Shown here: piece after piece, positions 24,101 to 36,747 of the stretch | Layout of the letters: each line of letters starts with the position of its first letter | Position numbering within the stretch: the first letter of the stretch is position 1 | Source: Phoronis australis | Taxonomy: Eukaryota; Animalia; Phoronida | Reading direction: 5' to 3' | NCBI GenBank assembly: GCA_002633005.1 | Contig: NMRA01000065.1 | Coordinates: 544,648 to 608,647 of the forward strand | DNA: 64,000 nt | Made by a program: the position numbers and the translations under genes | Notes under the pieces: model-generated | Database searches by the model: none | What the model was told of the DNA's origin: nothing | What the model saw: the letters and a program-made list of their open reading frames with translations, nothing else

Positions 24101-27100
24101 AAAAGAGGCTAAAATCAAAAAGTAATTTTTTAACGGAAAGTGGGTTCGTAGTAGCTTTAATGTGAATAGTTTCTCATTTAATTGATTCTGAACAGTTTAG
24201 TAATGGGACACAAACCTGGTTTCCTCCGAATGTGTATACCGGCCCTTGTCTCGACATGAAAGCACCACCTTTAGCTTAGTGCTAGAAGTACACTTCTGCT
24301 CTACCTCTACTATTTGACGCACCTGCTGCCACCATTCGAAACTTTGTGGATATTTTCATAGCCTCAACTTTTCCCTCGCAGGTGTTTGTTCTGTGCACAT
24401 GTGCAAACTTCAGTCATACGGCCAAGCACTATCCATGTTGAAAGTCACATGACTTGGCTATATGCCTCAAAGCCACACATACACTATGCGTTCACCACTG
24501 GAGCATCTGGGTGTTTTCTTAGCCTCAAATTATCCCTCACATACGTTTTATGTCTGCACATTTCCAAACTTCAGTCATAAAAGAAATGAGATAATCATCA
24601 GGTCAATCATGTTACTCTCAAAATGGAGAATGTCGTCTAATGTGTCTGTGCCTGATTTATTTATTTATTGTGATACTTAAAATGCGGGTGGTCTTTTTAG
24701 TGACAGCACTGCTTTCCAAGAGGGCCCTCAACAACAAAATATAAAACAATAATATAATACAATAAAGAAGTAAAACAATGTAATAAAGATACAATTAAAA
24801 CAGGTTGAGAATTAAGATAATAAATAAATGACGAAGGATGGTGAAAATTGGATTAAGAGAGGTAAAATAAATAAAGAGATGATACTAAATAGTTTGAGTA
24901 TTTATAACAATGAAAAATGACATAATTAAGACAGGTAGGGTGTAAAAATGGTTAGGTAAATTACAGCCACTTTTTAATATTAAGTTTGAAAGTATTAATT
25001 CAATTGGGCCGTTTAATTTCTGGGCTATGAGCAGTATAGATAAAAAAGTTCTTGCCGGTCTTGGTTTTAACTTTTTTAAAAGAAACATTACCAGCAATGG
25101 AAGAACTTGTAGAGTATATAGCTTGACTGCTACTGAATTTTCAAACCAAACTTAAAGGAAGTACGTCAGGAGGCAAACTGTATAAGGATTAACAAAGATG
25201 TCTACTGCGACTTTTGAAACCAGCTAGGCTGAAGATATTGGTTTTTATCCATCTCAAAACCTGATCTTTGGAAGTTGGCATTTGTGCAGATATCAAATAC
25301 CTTGGGAAAATTTGGATCTACGAAAATTCTCGGATGCTCCCAGGGAAAATTTTAGGCTATCAAATTATCGAATGATATTACCACCTGTACCTTACAGAGT
25401 TATCTCCTTTCCAGGCTTATTCATGTCGGCCATATCTTGAACGGCCTTGCAGGACCCGTCTCTATGGCCGGTTGCCCACTGCTGTCAACCCTATGGTTCC
25501 CCCCCAATCAACGCACTACTGCTACTTCTGTGTCCGCCGTCTTTAACTATGTTGGCATGGCCTTATCCTTTATACTAGGTAACTAAAGCTTGCATTGCTT
25601 GTTGTTGGATCATCTGACAGCATTCTGCCACCATTTGTTTCTTCTCGGGCAATTCTCTTGAAATGAGCACAATCGTTTGTGTTCAGTGCATTGCCTTTTA
25701 ATTTTGGAACCCAAATCTGCTCTTTGAGAATATTCTGTCATTTTGAGTCTCAATCTGTGCAAACGTATTTTACAATATGTTTACATGTTATGTGCAATAT
25801 GAAATATAAACAATTATCAGTGCTGTAAAGTTTTGTCCATATATTCTTCTGAATGTTTCCTTATTGTCACGCAAACAAACCAGCAAAGGCAAGACCCGAA
25901 TGTCTTTATGATCTGTTTATGTAACTGCGTAATTCCCCATCAGTCGTTTGTGTGGCAAACATTCTTGCCATTTTTAATAAGTGAAGTTTAACTCTATTTG
26001 AATTTTAGAGTGTTGGTTGATCTTCTTAGCCTACTATCAAACAATTGAATACCTAAATGACAGCATTAATTAATGTTAGTTTTGTGGCTATCTTTTAGAT
26101 TAGATAACTATAAGCAACGCTTTTGTTAACAGTGTTTCAATGAAAGTGTTAATGGTGTTTGAAGATTTTGCATTAGAAGCCGTTCCATTTTAGGCCCACT
26201 TATGGTGCGTGAACCACCAGACTCCTCCAATTCCACCAACGCATCGATTGTTCTTGTTGGTAAGTTTCTCAAAGCAACATCCTTTCCTCTGCTTAACTTC
26301 ATGTCAGGCGAATGCAACGTGAATAGTCAATTGTTATCTTGCGCTTTGTGTACGTGTGTAAAAGCGCAAGACTCGTGTGGGACATTTGGATACCTCGGGT
26401 TCTTGCCACAAACACGCTATTTATTTTTCATGCAGAAAATATTCTTTCCTGGATTTACTTTAGAATTCAGTGTCACTTTTTATCGGTCGCTGCTGACTTT
26501 ATCAAGCTTCTGTCACACTTGTTGGCATGTGTCGATGTTGAGTCAAGTAACACCAAACTGTACAATACCCCGTTCCACTTGTGTGATAGGTTGACTGGAC
26601 TGTCGGTCCATGGATGTTTGATAATTTCAAAAACACTGTCTCTTTTAGTGTACGCCATGTTGAAACCATCTTCCCCTTTGCTAGAATCGGGTCAAAAGTA
26701 TGACCTAATTCCTCACAGTGGATTAACACAGTGGTGTCATCAACATGAACAAATTTTGTTTAATATAATATCCAAAATGAAATCTCAAAATCCCCGCTTC
26801 TATAGTTTTCTAAATTATCTCTTCATTCTCATTTCTTGCAACTTTCTGATTTTTTTGTGAAAATCAGTAAGTCTAAGTTAGTCCAGCGTACGTGAACATA
26901 TTTGAAAAAAAAATTCCAAACATCATTTTAGAGAGCAGTGCATCAAACATTCTGGGATATTCATTGGATTCTGAACGTGTTCACTTATCTCTGAGATATG
27001 GTGTTCCCAAGTTGATATTCATTGGATTCTGAATGTGTTCACTTATCTCTGAGATATGATGTTCCCAAGTTGATATTCATTGGATTCTGAATGTGTTCAC

Positions 27101-30100
27101 TTATCTCTGAGATATGATGTTCCCAAGTTGATATTCATTGGATTGTGAATGTGTTCACTTATCTCTGAGATATGATGTTCCCAAGTTGATATTCATTGGA
27201 TTCTGAATGTGTTCACTTATCTCTGAGATATGATGTTCCCAAGTTGATATTCATTGGATTCTGAATGTGTTCACTTATCTCTGAGATATGATGTTCCCAA
27301 GTTGAGTCCTACTTAACCTCAAAAGACATGTGATGTGAAAGTTTCCTGAACACTGTTCGTAGCAAGATCCTTCGTATCCAGTATAAATAAATACAGTATA
27401 CAGATTGGAAAGACGTGGATAAAAACTGGCACAATATCATCTGACCCAAAATTAAGGTCATTGAAAACTACTGCAACATTGTTCGTTCTTATGTAAAGCA
27501 AACGGGTTATGGGTGCTAAAAATCACTGTTCTACTGAATCATCTGGTAAATTTGTGGAGCAGGATGAAAATGCGTTGGCTTTCAGTGCCATGGTAAAGAG
27601 TGTCACCTATGGGCCAAATTCTTTTTTCGTCAATTCTGCAATCAACAGTTCTTCTTCCACAAGGTTGCATACTACAACTTTCTATATTCATTTAGGGCTC
27701 TAATCTCTCTAATTAGTTTTTGATGTTTTCTGCTCTGTTCATGTACAAATTCAAGGCTAAGTCCCAATGAATGTATGTCTGATTATATTATAGTTTGCGC
27801 ACATACTAGTTCGAGGTTGCTCCGATGACCCCTAGATATGAACTATGCATGTACAAATGCGACTACTTCTAGTTTGGATGGGAACTTCTAGCTTTAATGC
27901 TGGGGTTCTCAAAATGCAAGCCAGGATTAGTCAGTCATCCGCGTAATTCGTAATGCAGGTGTACTCGACTACTGATCAATTGACACGTCATGAGTTCGTA
28001 CTAAACTAATCGTAGAACTCAAACTCTGAATTATTTTCAATTCTAGAGTTCTAAGGTTAGTGTCCACATGTACAGAGCCATGTGAAAAACATTAATTTCA
28101 AATTGCGGGTATTGATAATTGATGCTTCACGTATGTGACATCATGAATAACCGGAGTAACCTCTGTAGCGTTTTTTGTCGTTTTTTCATACAGTTGTACT
28201 TAGGTGCCACCATAGTACGTCACTTTACACAATAATTGTTTTTGCAAACTTCATCAGTCATCTGTTGCTGTCAAAAAAGTGTATAGCAGATACGGACACA
28301 CAAGAAAGGCATGGGGGAGGGGGGGGGATATCAAGTGTCATTGCATTCCATGTGCTTTGGAGACATCCTCGCCTCTTTTAATGTATTTTTGTACATTTAT
28401 ACATCTTAACATTTTATTAACTGCTGCTTCTTGTTGATTGCGTTTTACAGATTTGAACAAAAACGCATCATTAGAAGATATGAAGAACGATATTCGTATA
28501 CTTATGTATGTTGGTAAGTAGGTGTCTATGGGCCACATTGTGCCATACCTGAATATTTGCTATAAGTGTGGCTGCATTGTCAGAAGGGTCTAAAACGCCA
28601 GCTCTATCAACAGCATTATCAGGGTATACCAAAAACTTACCTGTCGATGTATTATTGAAAGTGAATTTTAACTTTATATGCGAGAATATACCAAACAAGT
28701 TTGTTTCATAAACAACCCAATGGTAGATGGATGCGTGTGAATATGTGTTCAATTTCATGTCTTTGGATGGCTATTATGCAATGCATTCTGGGTTCAATGC
28801 AGAATGACCTGAATAGCCTCTTGTCATAGCACACCGTTGATCAGTTGCTGACGAGGTCGCTTTTTACTACTGATAATTCATTGGGCAGGCAACGTCCATG
28901 TGATAGATAAAGATCAGTAGTGATACCTGTGTGTTGTCGCTTCATGTGTGTTATAAAACATACTCTGAGTACATGTTATTGCAATGGTAAACAGTGCAAA
29001 GTCAGAGAAAATTGATAAATGTAACATTTCATTGTAATTGGTAATTGTTTTTGATGAGGCTGTACGCAGGAAAAGAAGGGATTGTTTTGTCTATATGCCC
29101 TCAACTGGTGGAGGTCACCACAAAATCGTCAGGTGCAGTAATTGGCAAGGGCGGGGAGGGCATTTTTTCAGTGAAGGGGACAAGCACAAACCTGAAATAA
29201 GTGTCCACTGGGGGACTTTTTGCAATGGACAAAGGCGCCTTTTTATCCCCCCATAGTCACACCAGTGCGCAGATGTAATTATCCTAGACTTCACAATTCT
29301 GTGTTATAGCCCGATATCCAACATGTAATGTTCAGGATGCCAGTACAATTGGCTTTGTCTTTGTTGCTCGTTTCAGAGGCTGGTTATGCAGCGGTGTTGT
29401 TTTTAATCATGTTGATATATTTTCCCGCCAAACCACCAATGCCCCCTAGTGTATCAGCTCACAAGGAGAGGGTAAATTTCAAAGAAGGATTATTAGGCCT
29501 ATTTAAGTAAGTCACTACACTTATTTTTTTCCTTCTCCAGTAGTGTTGACAGTGATTCCTGTGACTTTAATGGTTATTAAGATACGCCTTTGCTTTCTGT
29601 CATCAAACTTGACAAATATGGCATGCTCATCCTTTTTCATAATAGGTGCTATTTGAAACTAGCAGGTCTATTTTAAGTTATTGAAACCAGTGGTTTTAAA
29701 GATTTACAATGCATGAACACAGCAGAAAATCCTTATTTTTACAGGAAGCTGAACTTTTGGATAGTCGCTATTCCGTATGGTATTTCATCAGGGGTGTACG
29801 GTGGGTGGGGCAGTGTCCTAGGGGTCAATTTAACCCCCTTGAAGGAAATTGATCAGGTATTATGTCAATGCAGTTGTATAAAATCTTTGACGAGTTGTTG
29901 CCATAGGTGAAAGGAGAGATTTGGCTCAAATCAATTATACAGCAATACTTTTTATCATGACTTGTTTTCAATAACAACATCACTTGCTAGGAAAATGCAG
30001 CCATCAAGTGAACAAGGCAAGGCTTAAAGTAACTGTGAACCTTATTTAACAGGTTGTACTTATGTGCAAATATCATGAACTCTGTTAGCTTTAACCAGTA

Positions 30101-33100
30101 CAAAGTAAATATTTTCTGAAAGGTGAATAAATTTCCAAACATAATATATTACTCTTTAGTTATTTACTTGTCTTTATTTTTTCACAAGGTATCGAAATGA
30201 TGGCTTAAGGGTTAAAACATGAACCGAAACTATGCTTTGTGTGCTGAGTGTAAAATGGCTTGGGTGCAGCTGGTTAAAAAACGTGCAGCTTTGTAGTCGT
30301 GTGAAGTGCTTGTCATTGCAGTTTGCAAACACTCTGCGCACCTGACGTGTATGATGAAACTGATGTGCGTGTACTTCCCTTGTAGACAGAGGCTGGCTGG
30401 ATAGGGTTCTACTCAACTATTGCTGGATGTGCGGCTGGCTTCATTGTAGCAAGGTAGCGCAGTTGATTTATTCTTGTGACTTAATGCCCTAGATATTTTA
30501 ACTGAAACATTATGAAATCTTAATGTGCGTTAAGGTGAGCATCGGCATTTAATAACGAAATATTTTAAAATTCGGGTTTTTACGGTAGCGACGGATTCCA
30601 GTTAAAGTCCACGACACTGCTGTTATGACATTTATTGCACATACAGAAGGCAGAAGTGACTTAGAATCAGTGAAGCCCAGGTAATACATTTTGTCAGCAA
30701 AGAAAATTTTGTTAGCCACAGGTCAGCAAAATGTCAGCTAGTTGGTGGGCGGTCACAATGGCTAGAGCATTTTCAAGGAAGTTCCAAGTTGTTAGACATG
30801 AACTTGAAGTGGAAACAATTCTGTGTTTGTTCCTATAAATTTCAGCTTCGATCCCCTAAACTTGGAACAGCAGACACCAAACACACAGTACAAATCCCGT
30901 GATCGCGCCCCTAATCTCCACACATTCATGGAGATACCTGGAGACCAAGCTTCACACTCACGCAGGGACCAAGTTCTTGTTCCAGATCATGTGGCGAAAC
31001 TGGAATGTAGAGGCGCGGTCATGAAATAGTTTTCACATTGAAAGTTTTTAGAAATTTCGGAGTCGGGTGTTTTTCAAAACGTTATCTGGGCCAAAAACGG
31101 AACATGATAATAACAACTAGTGTATAAGGAACCGTTGACAACTTCACCAGGCCTCTAGATGAGCTTGCTGTTGGTTATTGACCAATAGCATCACAAGCAG
31201 TAATGACACTTATATATGACTATTGCTAGTCTAGGAACTGTGATACATGTAAGCTATGTGAAGACTTCACATTCACAAGCAATCATGTGACTTCCTTTTA
31301 ACCAAATGCACACGTGCCTCTTCAGACATGCTTGGATTATGCTTAAAGTGCTCAAAACCACCATTTATCTTGTTTAAGCAATCCAGTACATTGTCAGCAT
31401 CATTAAACCTTCCTTTATAGCATTGCATGTCACAATCATGAATTCAATATCCAAAAACTGAGAAAATAGATGAAAAGCGACTTCAATGTGCCCAGCGCCG
31501 CTGTGTCGTGTCCACCAACACACGAGTTTCTTGTACAAACCTACCATATCTGCAATTCGCCGATGCCCACGGGGAAAGTGAAAAGAGCCACAGCATGGTC
31601 AAGTACTAAGTTGTTATAACCTCCTCAAACACAACGCTTTGCCATTCCTTATATCATAAACCACATGAAAACGAGCAGCAATATTTGACGACTTTTCACA
31701 CTAAACACAGTGGAGGATGACTAGGGCTGTGATTGGTAGTCCCCATTTTAGGTATCACAGTATTAATCAACCAGTAAATGCTCGTAACTTGACATCAGCT
31801 AATTGTCAGGTGGTGTTTTGGGTGTTCCAATTTGACAGTTAGTCAACTGGTGGGGTTGTTTTTGTGTTTTGATTATGGAATTGGTGATTTTAAACACTTT
31901 ATTCGATAGACATTGGATTGAGATTTTTGCTTTTAAGGATGGCCCGGTAAACTGTATTTCAGTACTCTGCCATCGGCACATTTGAAAAAGTTCAGTTGCC
32001 TTTTGCAGTCATTATGAGGTCCTCGCCTTTTGGTTAATACATACATTTTTTATATTTATCTCTGTGGAGGTTGTCTCGTCTGTTTGGCTATAATGCTTAT
32101 GCAACTATCATTGGTTAATAGGTCATGATACATTTGTCCGAAATCTCTATGTCCAGGTTAAGTCAGATTTTTTTCATTTTGTTCTGGTTTTTGTTCTTAA
32201 TAGTCTAACTTACAGCATAAATGCAGAAAATAGTCAATGATTCCGTAGCCAATTTTATTAACATAGAGATAATAATCGAGTGAACTTGATACATGCATGT
32301 TATTGTATTGAACTATGCCAGCTCCAAATTACATCAATACTTGGTGTTATCCAAATAAAACCAGATGTCTGCAACAATGTTGTCATTTGTGCCTTTAAAT
32401 TGCATCATAACGACAAGCCGTGGTCGTCAGTTTATCAGGATTTGAGTTTTTAAGAATACTCTGTACTTGTCTACTTTCTTTCCAGGATTGCTGACTGTTT
32501 TGCTGGGCACATTAAGTTATTTCTCCTTGGTTTGACCTTGATGGGCATTGGATCCACAGTCTGGCTGACAATTGTGATAGGGTCGTACATACCATTTTCT
32601 ACTGGTATGTTTGCCAATGAATGACAAGACAATGTAAGGGCAGTGTTGGATCTGTGGGGTCCACAGAATTCCCCCTCTCCGTAAATGACCACTGTGGCAT
32701 ATTTTTTCTGTGCAATAAAGAACACTGAAAGATTTATATCTTTTTGCTTGATTGGTCTCGACTGCAAACTGTGAATTATTGAAAGAGGTCGAAAAGGGCT
32801 TATGTCATCAGTGTTATTTGCTCTACTATTGCTCGCAGGGGAGATTATGAGGAATTAAAAAGTGTGGATGAAATCGTGGACGCGCCTCTGAAGTATTTTT
32901 AAAAGACATAAGTTATGGAATCGTTGATCATGGTTGTTTTTGTCCGTTATCGCTATGAGTTTTCAAAGTCACGTGATTGCTCAAGCAACAAATGAGCATC
33001 CCTTTTAAGAATATCTGACATCACACTAAGGTGCATTAGTGGAGCTAATTACAGAACGATAGCACAGTTTTAAATAGTTTAACAATTTGTCAATGTTTAT

Positions 33101-34811
33101 GATATTGTTTTAATTTTCATTTTTCAGCTCAACTATATGCCTCGTGCATAATAACGGGTTTTGTCCTGAACGCTACAATTCCATTGTTTTACGAGATGAG
33201 CTGCGAGACCAGTTTCCCCATTGCCGAAGGTGTCACTAGTGGTCTACTCACTTTCCTCAACAACGTGGTTGCTCTGATTTTCTTGTTAATCTTCATGATT
33301 CCATCACTACGTAAGGGTAAAATAGGATACCTTTTAAAGTGGCACTCGCTGAAACTTGGACTGTTTAACTGAAATTTATTCTACAAAAAGTTACTTGCAT
33401 TGTCCAAAATGCAAAAAACATTATCAGGAAATTTGAAATAGATGCAGTCGTACAACTTCATTAAACACATCGCCATTTGGTGGTGTGACATCACAAAAGG
33501 TAAATAAATGCATCGCAAGAGGGCGTGATTGTCAGGTAGTGTCTCTGTGCCTGAGATAATATATTTGAGACATGACAATGATTTATCACGAAAAACTAAG
33601 TGAGTAAGGATTGTGAAGATAAACGCTGCACTCGACTTTTTTCTACTTGAATCTTACAGCTTTCATCCAACATGACATTATACTATATGTTTATTTTGAC
33701 AATATGAGAATTCAGTGTATTGAGAATAACACCCAAACCACACAAAAAGATCTGAGTTTATTTTTAAACAAAGAGTAAAATAGCTGCAAATAATGATATT
33801 TTAGAATGTAATTCAACATATGAGCAAATCTCACGCTAGAAAATTGACTTTCTTGACACGACATTTCCTCATTTTGCGTGAAATTGTCGGACAAGTTTAC
33901 TTTTAAAGCTGCACTAAGCACGTTTTCTGTAAACAGGTAAATTTTGATCTAGGTTGGTCACCATTATAAAACTGGGATCTGTAAGACTTAACTTGAAGAA
34001 AGAAATATGTTTTACGCTTCCACTTCAGGATTGTTGAAGAAAGTTTAGCCAAATAATTGTGAGCAGATCACATTCTAGAAATAATTCGTAGAAATCATAT
34101 CAGCTTTGAACTAGAAGTTAGTGTACATTCTCACAAACTTTGCGCCTTTGCTCTTTGTGAGATTTAATTATTTTTCAGAAATAGTTGTGCGGAGCATAAG
34201 ACTAACTTTCTGTGTTAATTCTTACGTCACTTTTCACGAAACAGACCCTGTACTTTGTTTTTTGAATTGATTTGGTGGTACAACATATTTAATTGCCCAC
34301 ATTTTCAAAAGAATGTACCCTAGATGAGCAAAAGGTAACAAGTGACTGGTTGCACTCGTGGCTATCATTGTTCCTGCATGTGATTCGGTGCTGGTGTGTA
34401 TGATTTTATGTTCGTATGTATGGTTTTTGTGGCTCCTGTGCATAATTTTTGTTCACATGCGTGACTTTTGGGTTCGTATGCAGGATTCATAAGTTCAGGT
34501 GGTTCGTGCGTAAGATGTGATGCTCGTGCGTATGATTCTATGGTACCTGTATACTGAAACTTTCACATGAATCCGATGGGCCATTTCTGAGAAATGATGT
34601 TCTGAAGTTAGTCTATTTGTTTTTTTTTCTAGGAAACTACGTAAATTTTTAAACGGAATTCACTCTTCTTCTTTCAGCCACTATGTGGATGAACTGGTTC
34701 CTGGTGGGCTGTGTTATATTCTGTTTCATGGTGCTACTTTTCCTCAAAGAAAACTATGGTAGACTACAAATTGACGTGGAAAAATTCACAGTCATGGTTC
34801 ATGATCATTGA
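17909..34811 (+). CDS. SLC49A4: SLC49A4/DIRC2-like MFS transporter; join(17909-18107,18773-18919,20113-20203,[21112-21275 or 25415-25578],26194-26259,28451-28513,29377-29506,29745-29856,30386-30453,32486-32604,33128-33310,34678-34811), 491 aa
   Basis: Exons join in frame (1476 nt including stop). DIRC2 motifs: VYTRRWYILLVFSL, WNTWGP, DIALL.NWGPI, GLR, GQMLNG.AGP, WF...R.TATA, GPL.V, YFP.KPP.PPS.SA, AGWIGF, LYASCI, PLFYE..CE.SFPIAEG.T, W.NW...G, E.Y.RL..D. Confidence 0.92.
18773..18919 (+). CDS. SLC49A4: SLC49A4 exon 2 (GC donor)
   Basis: Acceptor tacag|; AIWNTWGPLTRSAEVVFGWHDSDIALLSNWGPITY..WLMDVK; donor AAG|GCAAGG. Confidence 0.88.
19147..19363. repeat. 24-bp minisatellite x9 in SLC49A4 intron 2
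   Basis: Unit caaca(a/g)cctgcacaca(t/c)ccaatc(a/g). Explains the spurious repetitive ORFs here. Confidence 0.97.
20113..20203 (+). CDS. SLC49A4: SLC49A4 exon 3
   Basis: ttccag|; GLRISSIICCGLVFVGAGLRCITFEQPAAS; TG|GTAAAA, phase 2. Confidence 0.9.
21112..21275 (+). CDS. SLC49A4: SLC49A4 exon 4a (mutually exclusive copy 1)
   Basis: gtatag|; WLIHSGQMLNGFAGPVVMAAVPLLSSSWFPSSQRTTATALSAMASNAGVAASFVI; G|GTACTT; 164 bp. Confidence 0.88.
24655..25250 (-). mobile_element. 3' end relic of a CR1/L2-type LINE in the intron between exons 4a and 4b
   Basis: Minus strand gggccctcttggaaagcagtg...caccc...aataaataaataaa tail, and a GKNFFIY-like RT C-terminal remnant near 25050. Confidence 0.45.
25415..25578 (+). 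CDS. SLC49A4: SLC49A4 exon 4b (mutually exclusive copy 2)
   Basis: tttccag|; WLIHVGHILNGLAGPVSMAGCPLLSTLWFPPNQRTTATSVSAVFNYVGMALSFIL; G|GTAACT; 164 bp, same phases as 4a. Confidence 0.88.
26194..26259 (+). CDS. SLC49A4: SLC49A4 exon 5
   Basis: ttttag|; GPLMVREPPDSSNSTNASIVLV (N-glycosylation sequons); G|GTAAGT. Confidence 0.85.
26956..27303. repeat. 58-bp minisatellite x6
   Basis: Unit gatattcattggattctgaatgtgttcacttatctctgagatatgatgttcccaagtt, near-identical copies. Confidence 0.97.
28451..28513 (+). CDS. SLC49A4: SLC49A4 exon 6
   Basis: ttttacag|; DLNKNASLEDMKNDIRILMYV; G|GTAAGT. Confidence 0.8.
29377..29506 (+). CDS. SLC49A4: SLC49A4 exon 7
   Basis: tttcag|; EAGYAAVLFLIMLIYFPAKPPMPPSVSAHKERVNFKEGLLGLF; AA|GTAAGT. 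Confidence 0.92.
29745..29856 (+). CDS. SLC49A4: SLC49A4 exon 8
   Basis: ttttacag|; KLNFWIVAIPYGISSGVYGGWGSVLGVNLTPLKEIDQ; CAG|GTATTA. Confidence 0.92.
30386..30453 (+). CDS. SLC49A4: SLC49A4 exon 9
   Basis: ccttgtag|; TEAGWIGFYSTIAGCAAGFIVA; AG|GTAGCG. Confidence 0.9.
32486..32604 (+). CDS. SLC49A4: SLC49A4 exon 10
   Basis: tttccag|; RIADCFAGHIKLFLLGLTLMGIGSTVWLTIVIGSYIPFST; G|GTATGT. Confidence 0.9.
33128..33310 (+). CDS. SLC49A4: SLC49A4 exon 11
   Basis: ttttcag|; AQLYASCIITGFVLNATIPLFYEMSCETSFPIAEGVTSGLLTFLNN..; donor at 33311, or an in-phase alternative at 33317. Confidence 0.9.
34678..34811 (+). CDS. SLC49A4: SLC49A4 exon 12 (terminal coding exon)
   Basis: ctttcag|; TMWMNWFLVGCVIFCFMVLLFLKENYGRLQIDVEKFTVMVHDH then TGA. 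AATAAA candidates near 35857 and 36044. Confidence 0.9.
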
Positions 34812-36364
34812 GCACCTGAACTTCTATTGACCTTTTTATGGATGAGCGCGACACCTCGTAATTATACACAAAGGATTGTGGGATAGCGATCATCCAAACT
34901 AGCACTTCTACTAGCAAATCAAGGACGTTAGGGTCTCGGAGTACACATTGATAAAGGATGTGTAGTAATCACATGATTTTATTGCTACTGGTGATATCGT
35001 TTACATGAAGTCACTGGTATCAATATTGAACTTCTGTTGATGAAGTTTTAAAGAGCCACCCTTTCACCTATTTAATAACACAGAATGAACTTTGCCAATT
35101 GCAGTGAGACTATAGGCCTACTTGGAACATTTCATAGATTGTGCAGTTGCATTTTATTATCAATTTTGTTAATTTATTGTGCTCCATGTCAATCAGTTTT
35201 GGTGATTTCTTGCTGGTGCACCACCAGAAATTCTAATGCAGAACTTAAGGCTTTGTTAACAAGTTTAGTGTTTTTTTCTGATAAATTTCCATGCCATGTT
35301 TACAAAGCATTATCTGTGATTTACTACTAGTTGGCCTTCATCCTCATTGCTCATTTCCGTCAGTAAGATGAAACAGAAACTCTGTCTTTAAATACAAATT
35401 GAAATGCTGACACTGTACCAGGAACCTGTTGTTTTTTAGTTGGACTTTTTAACTGAGATGATTTTTGATTACGGCCTTCTCCTGTTCAATGACTTTACCA
35501 GACGGAGAGGGTTGTTAGCGTGTGATGACATCTAGCTCCTTTGTTAACTGCCAAGCACAATTTTTTGTCTGAAATGACAACAGACTGGCCAATTATCTAC
35601 CTGTCTTATTACAGACCACGTGTGAACACCGTCAAACCCAGAGCGATCGGTACATTCGGAAAGAATAGATCGTCTAACTGATTGTAGTTGGGCGATTTTG
35701 GCTGTTCGAAAACTAGTAAGACATGATCAGAATTTGATGAGGAATTCAGAAATGCTATTGGCTTATGTTCAAATATGTGATAACTTAACTTTTATTTTTA
35801 ACAGCACAGCCCAGTCAGGCTAGATACAATCTTATTGGAGATTAAAGCAATTATCGAATAAAGAGAGCTGGCCCTCCAACCATAAATGCCAGAATGGAGT
35901 TAATCACTCATGTACATGTAGATATTGGCTACAGGGGTCATCTTCCCAACTTGTTGTTGGGCGATAGAATCGAACAAGTTGGGATCAACGGAAGGGTCAT
36001 GAGTAGTTCTGAGGCCCTTTTAAATGTGACTGTCCATGTCTAAAATAAAAGAACTTCATTAAAATGTAAATTCTCCCTGGCTGTATACTAACTATATGTA
36101 CACACACAAACACGCACGCACACGCACGAATGCATGCATACGTACAAACATACATAGGTGGTAGTGTTGCACTTTAGTGTATCTGACGACCTGGTTTGTT
36201 GTCTACCCAGTTTGGTTCAGTTGATTAGATGCGGGCATTTATTCAGTTTGCTTTAGTTCTGACTATATCCGATAGATGTCTGAATAACTGTAGTTCCTGT
36301 CATAGTATTATATCCTGCCATTTGATCATTATCGAGGCAGTTAATGTCATTCTATGTGCGAAAA

Positions 36365-36476
36365 GGTAATGGTCTGATATAACGTGCCCGAATTTCTAGA
36401 ACCAGATTTCCCCACTAAATAACGGGCATCAAACTGGTTCTCAAAATGCGGGCACGTTATATTATAGACTATTGCC
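36365..36476. mobile_element. Hairpin MITE, Merlin-like ends
   Basis: ~41-bp imperfect arms (ggtaatggtctgatataacgtgcccgaatttctagaaccag vs reverse complement ggcaatagtctataatataacgtgcccgcattttgagaaccag). Flanks tgcgaaaa and tgcgaagg (6/8 match). Confidence 0.6.
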
Positions 36477-36747
36477 TGCGAAGGTAATGGTCTGCGCGTA
36501 CAACTGTACGTTAATTATGACCTGACCCATGTCTCGCGTAAAGAATACTTAAATGACACTAAAAACGTGATCCTTAGTAACCAAGGTTATCCGTTACTTT
36601 TTTCAAAGATCTCACCATTGCATTTTTTACATTGTAAAAAGTAATTTTATAATTTTTCGTGAAACTTTTATCTTTAAACGATATTGCTAATATTAACAAA
36701 GCACATATGACTGAGGTTCATTGTCGCCAAGGAACCCGGCCTATTAA

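Noticed and set aside
21112-25578. Exon 4 duplication as a haplotype or assembly artefact
   Set aside because: The copies are only ~60% identical in protein with unrelated flanking introns, far too divergent for alleles.
26956-27303. CRISPR-like array
   Set aside because: Head-to-tail repeats with no unique spacers, eukaryotic intron context, no cas genes.
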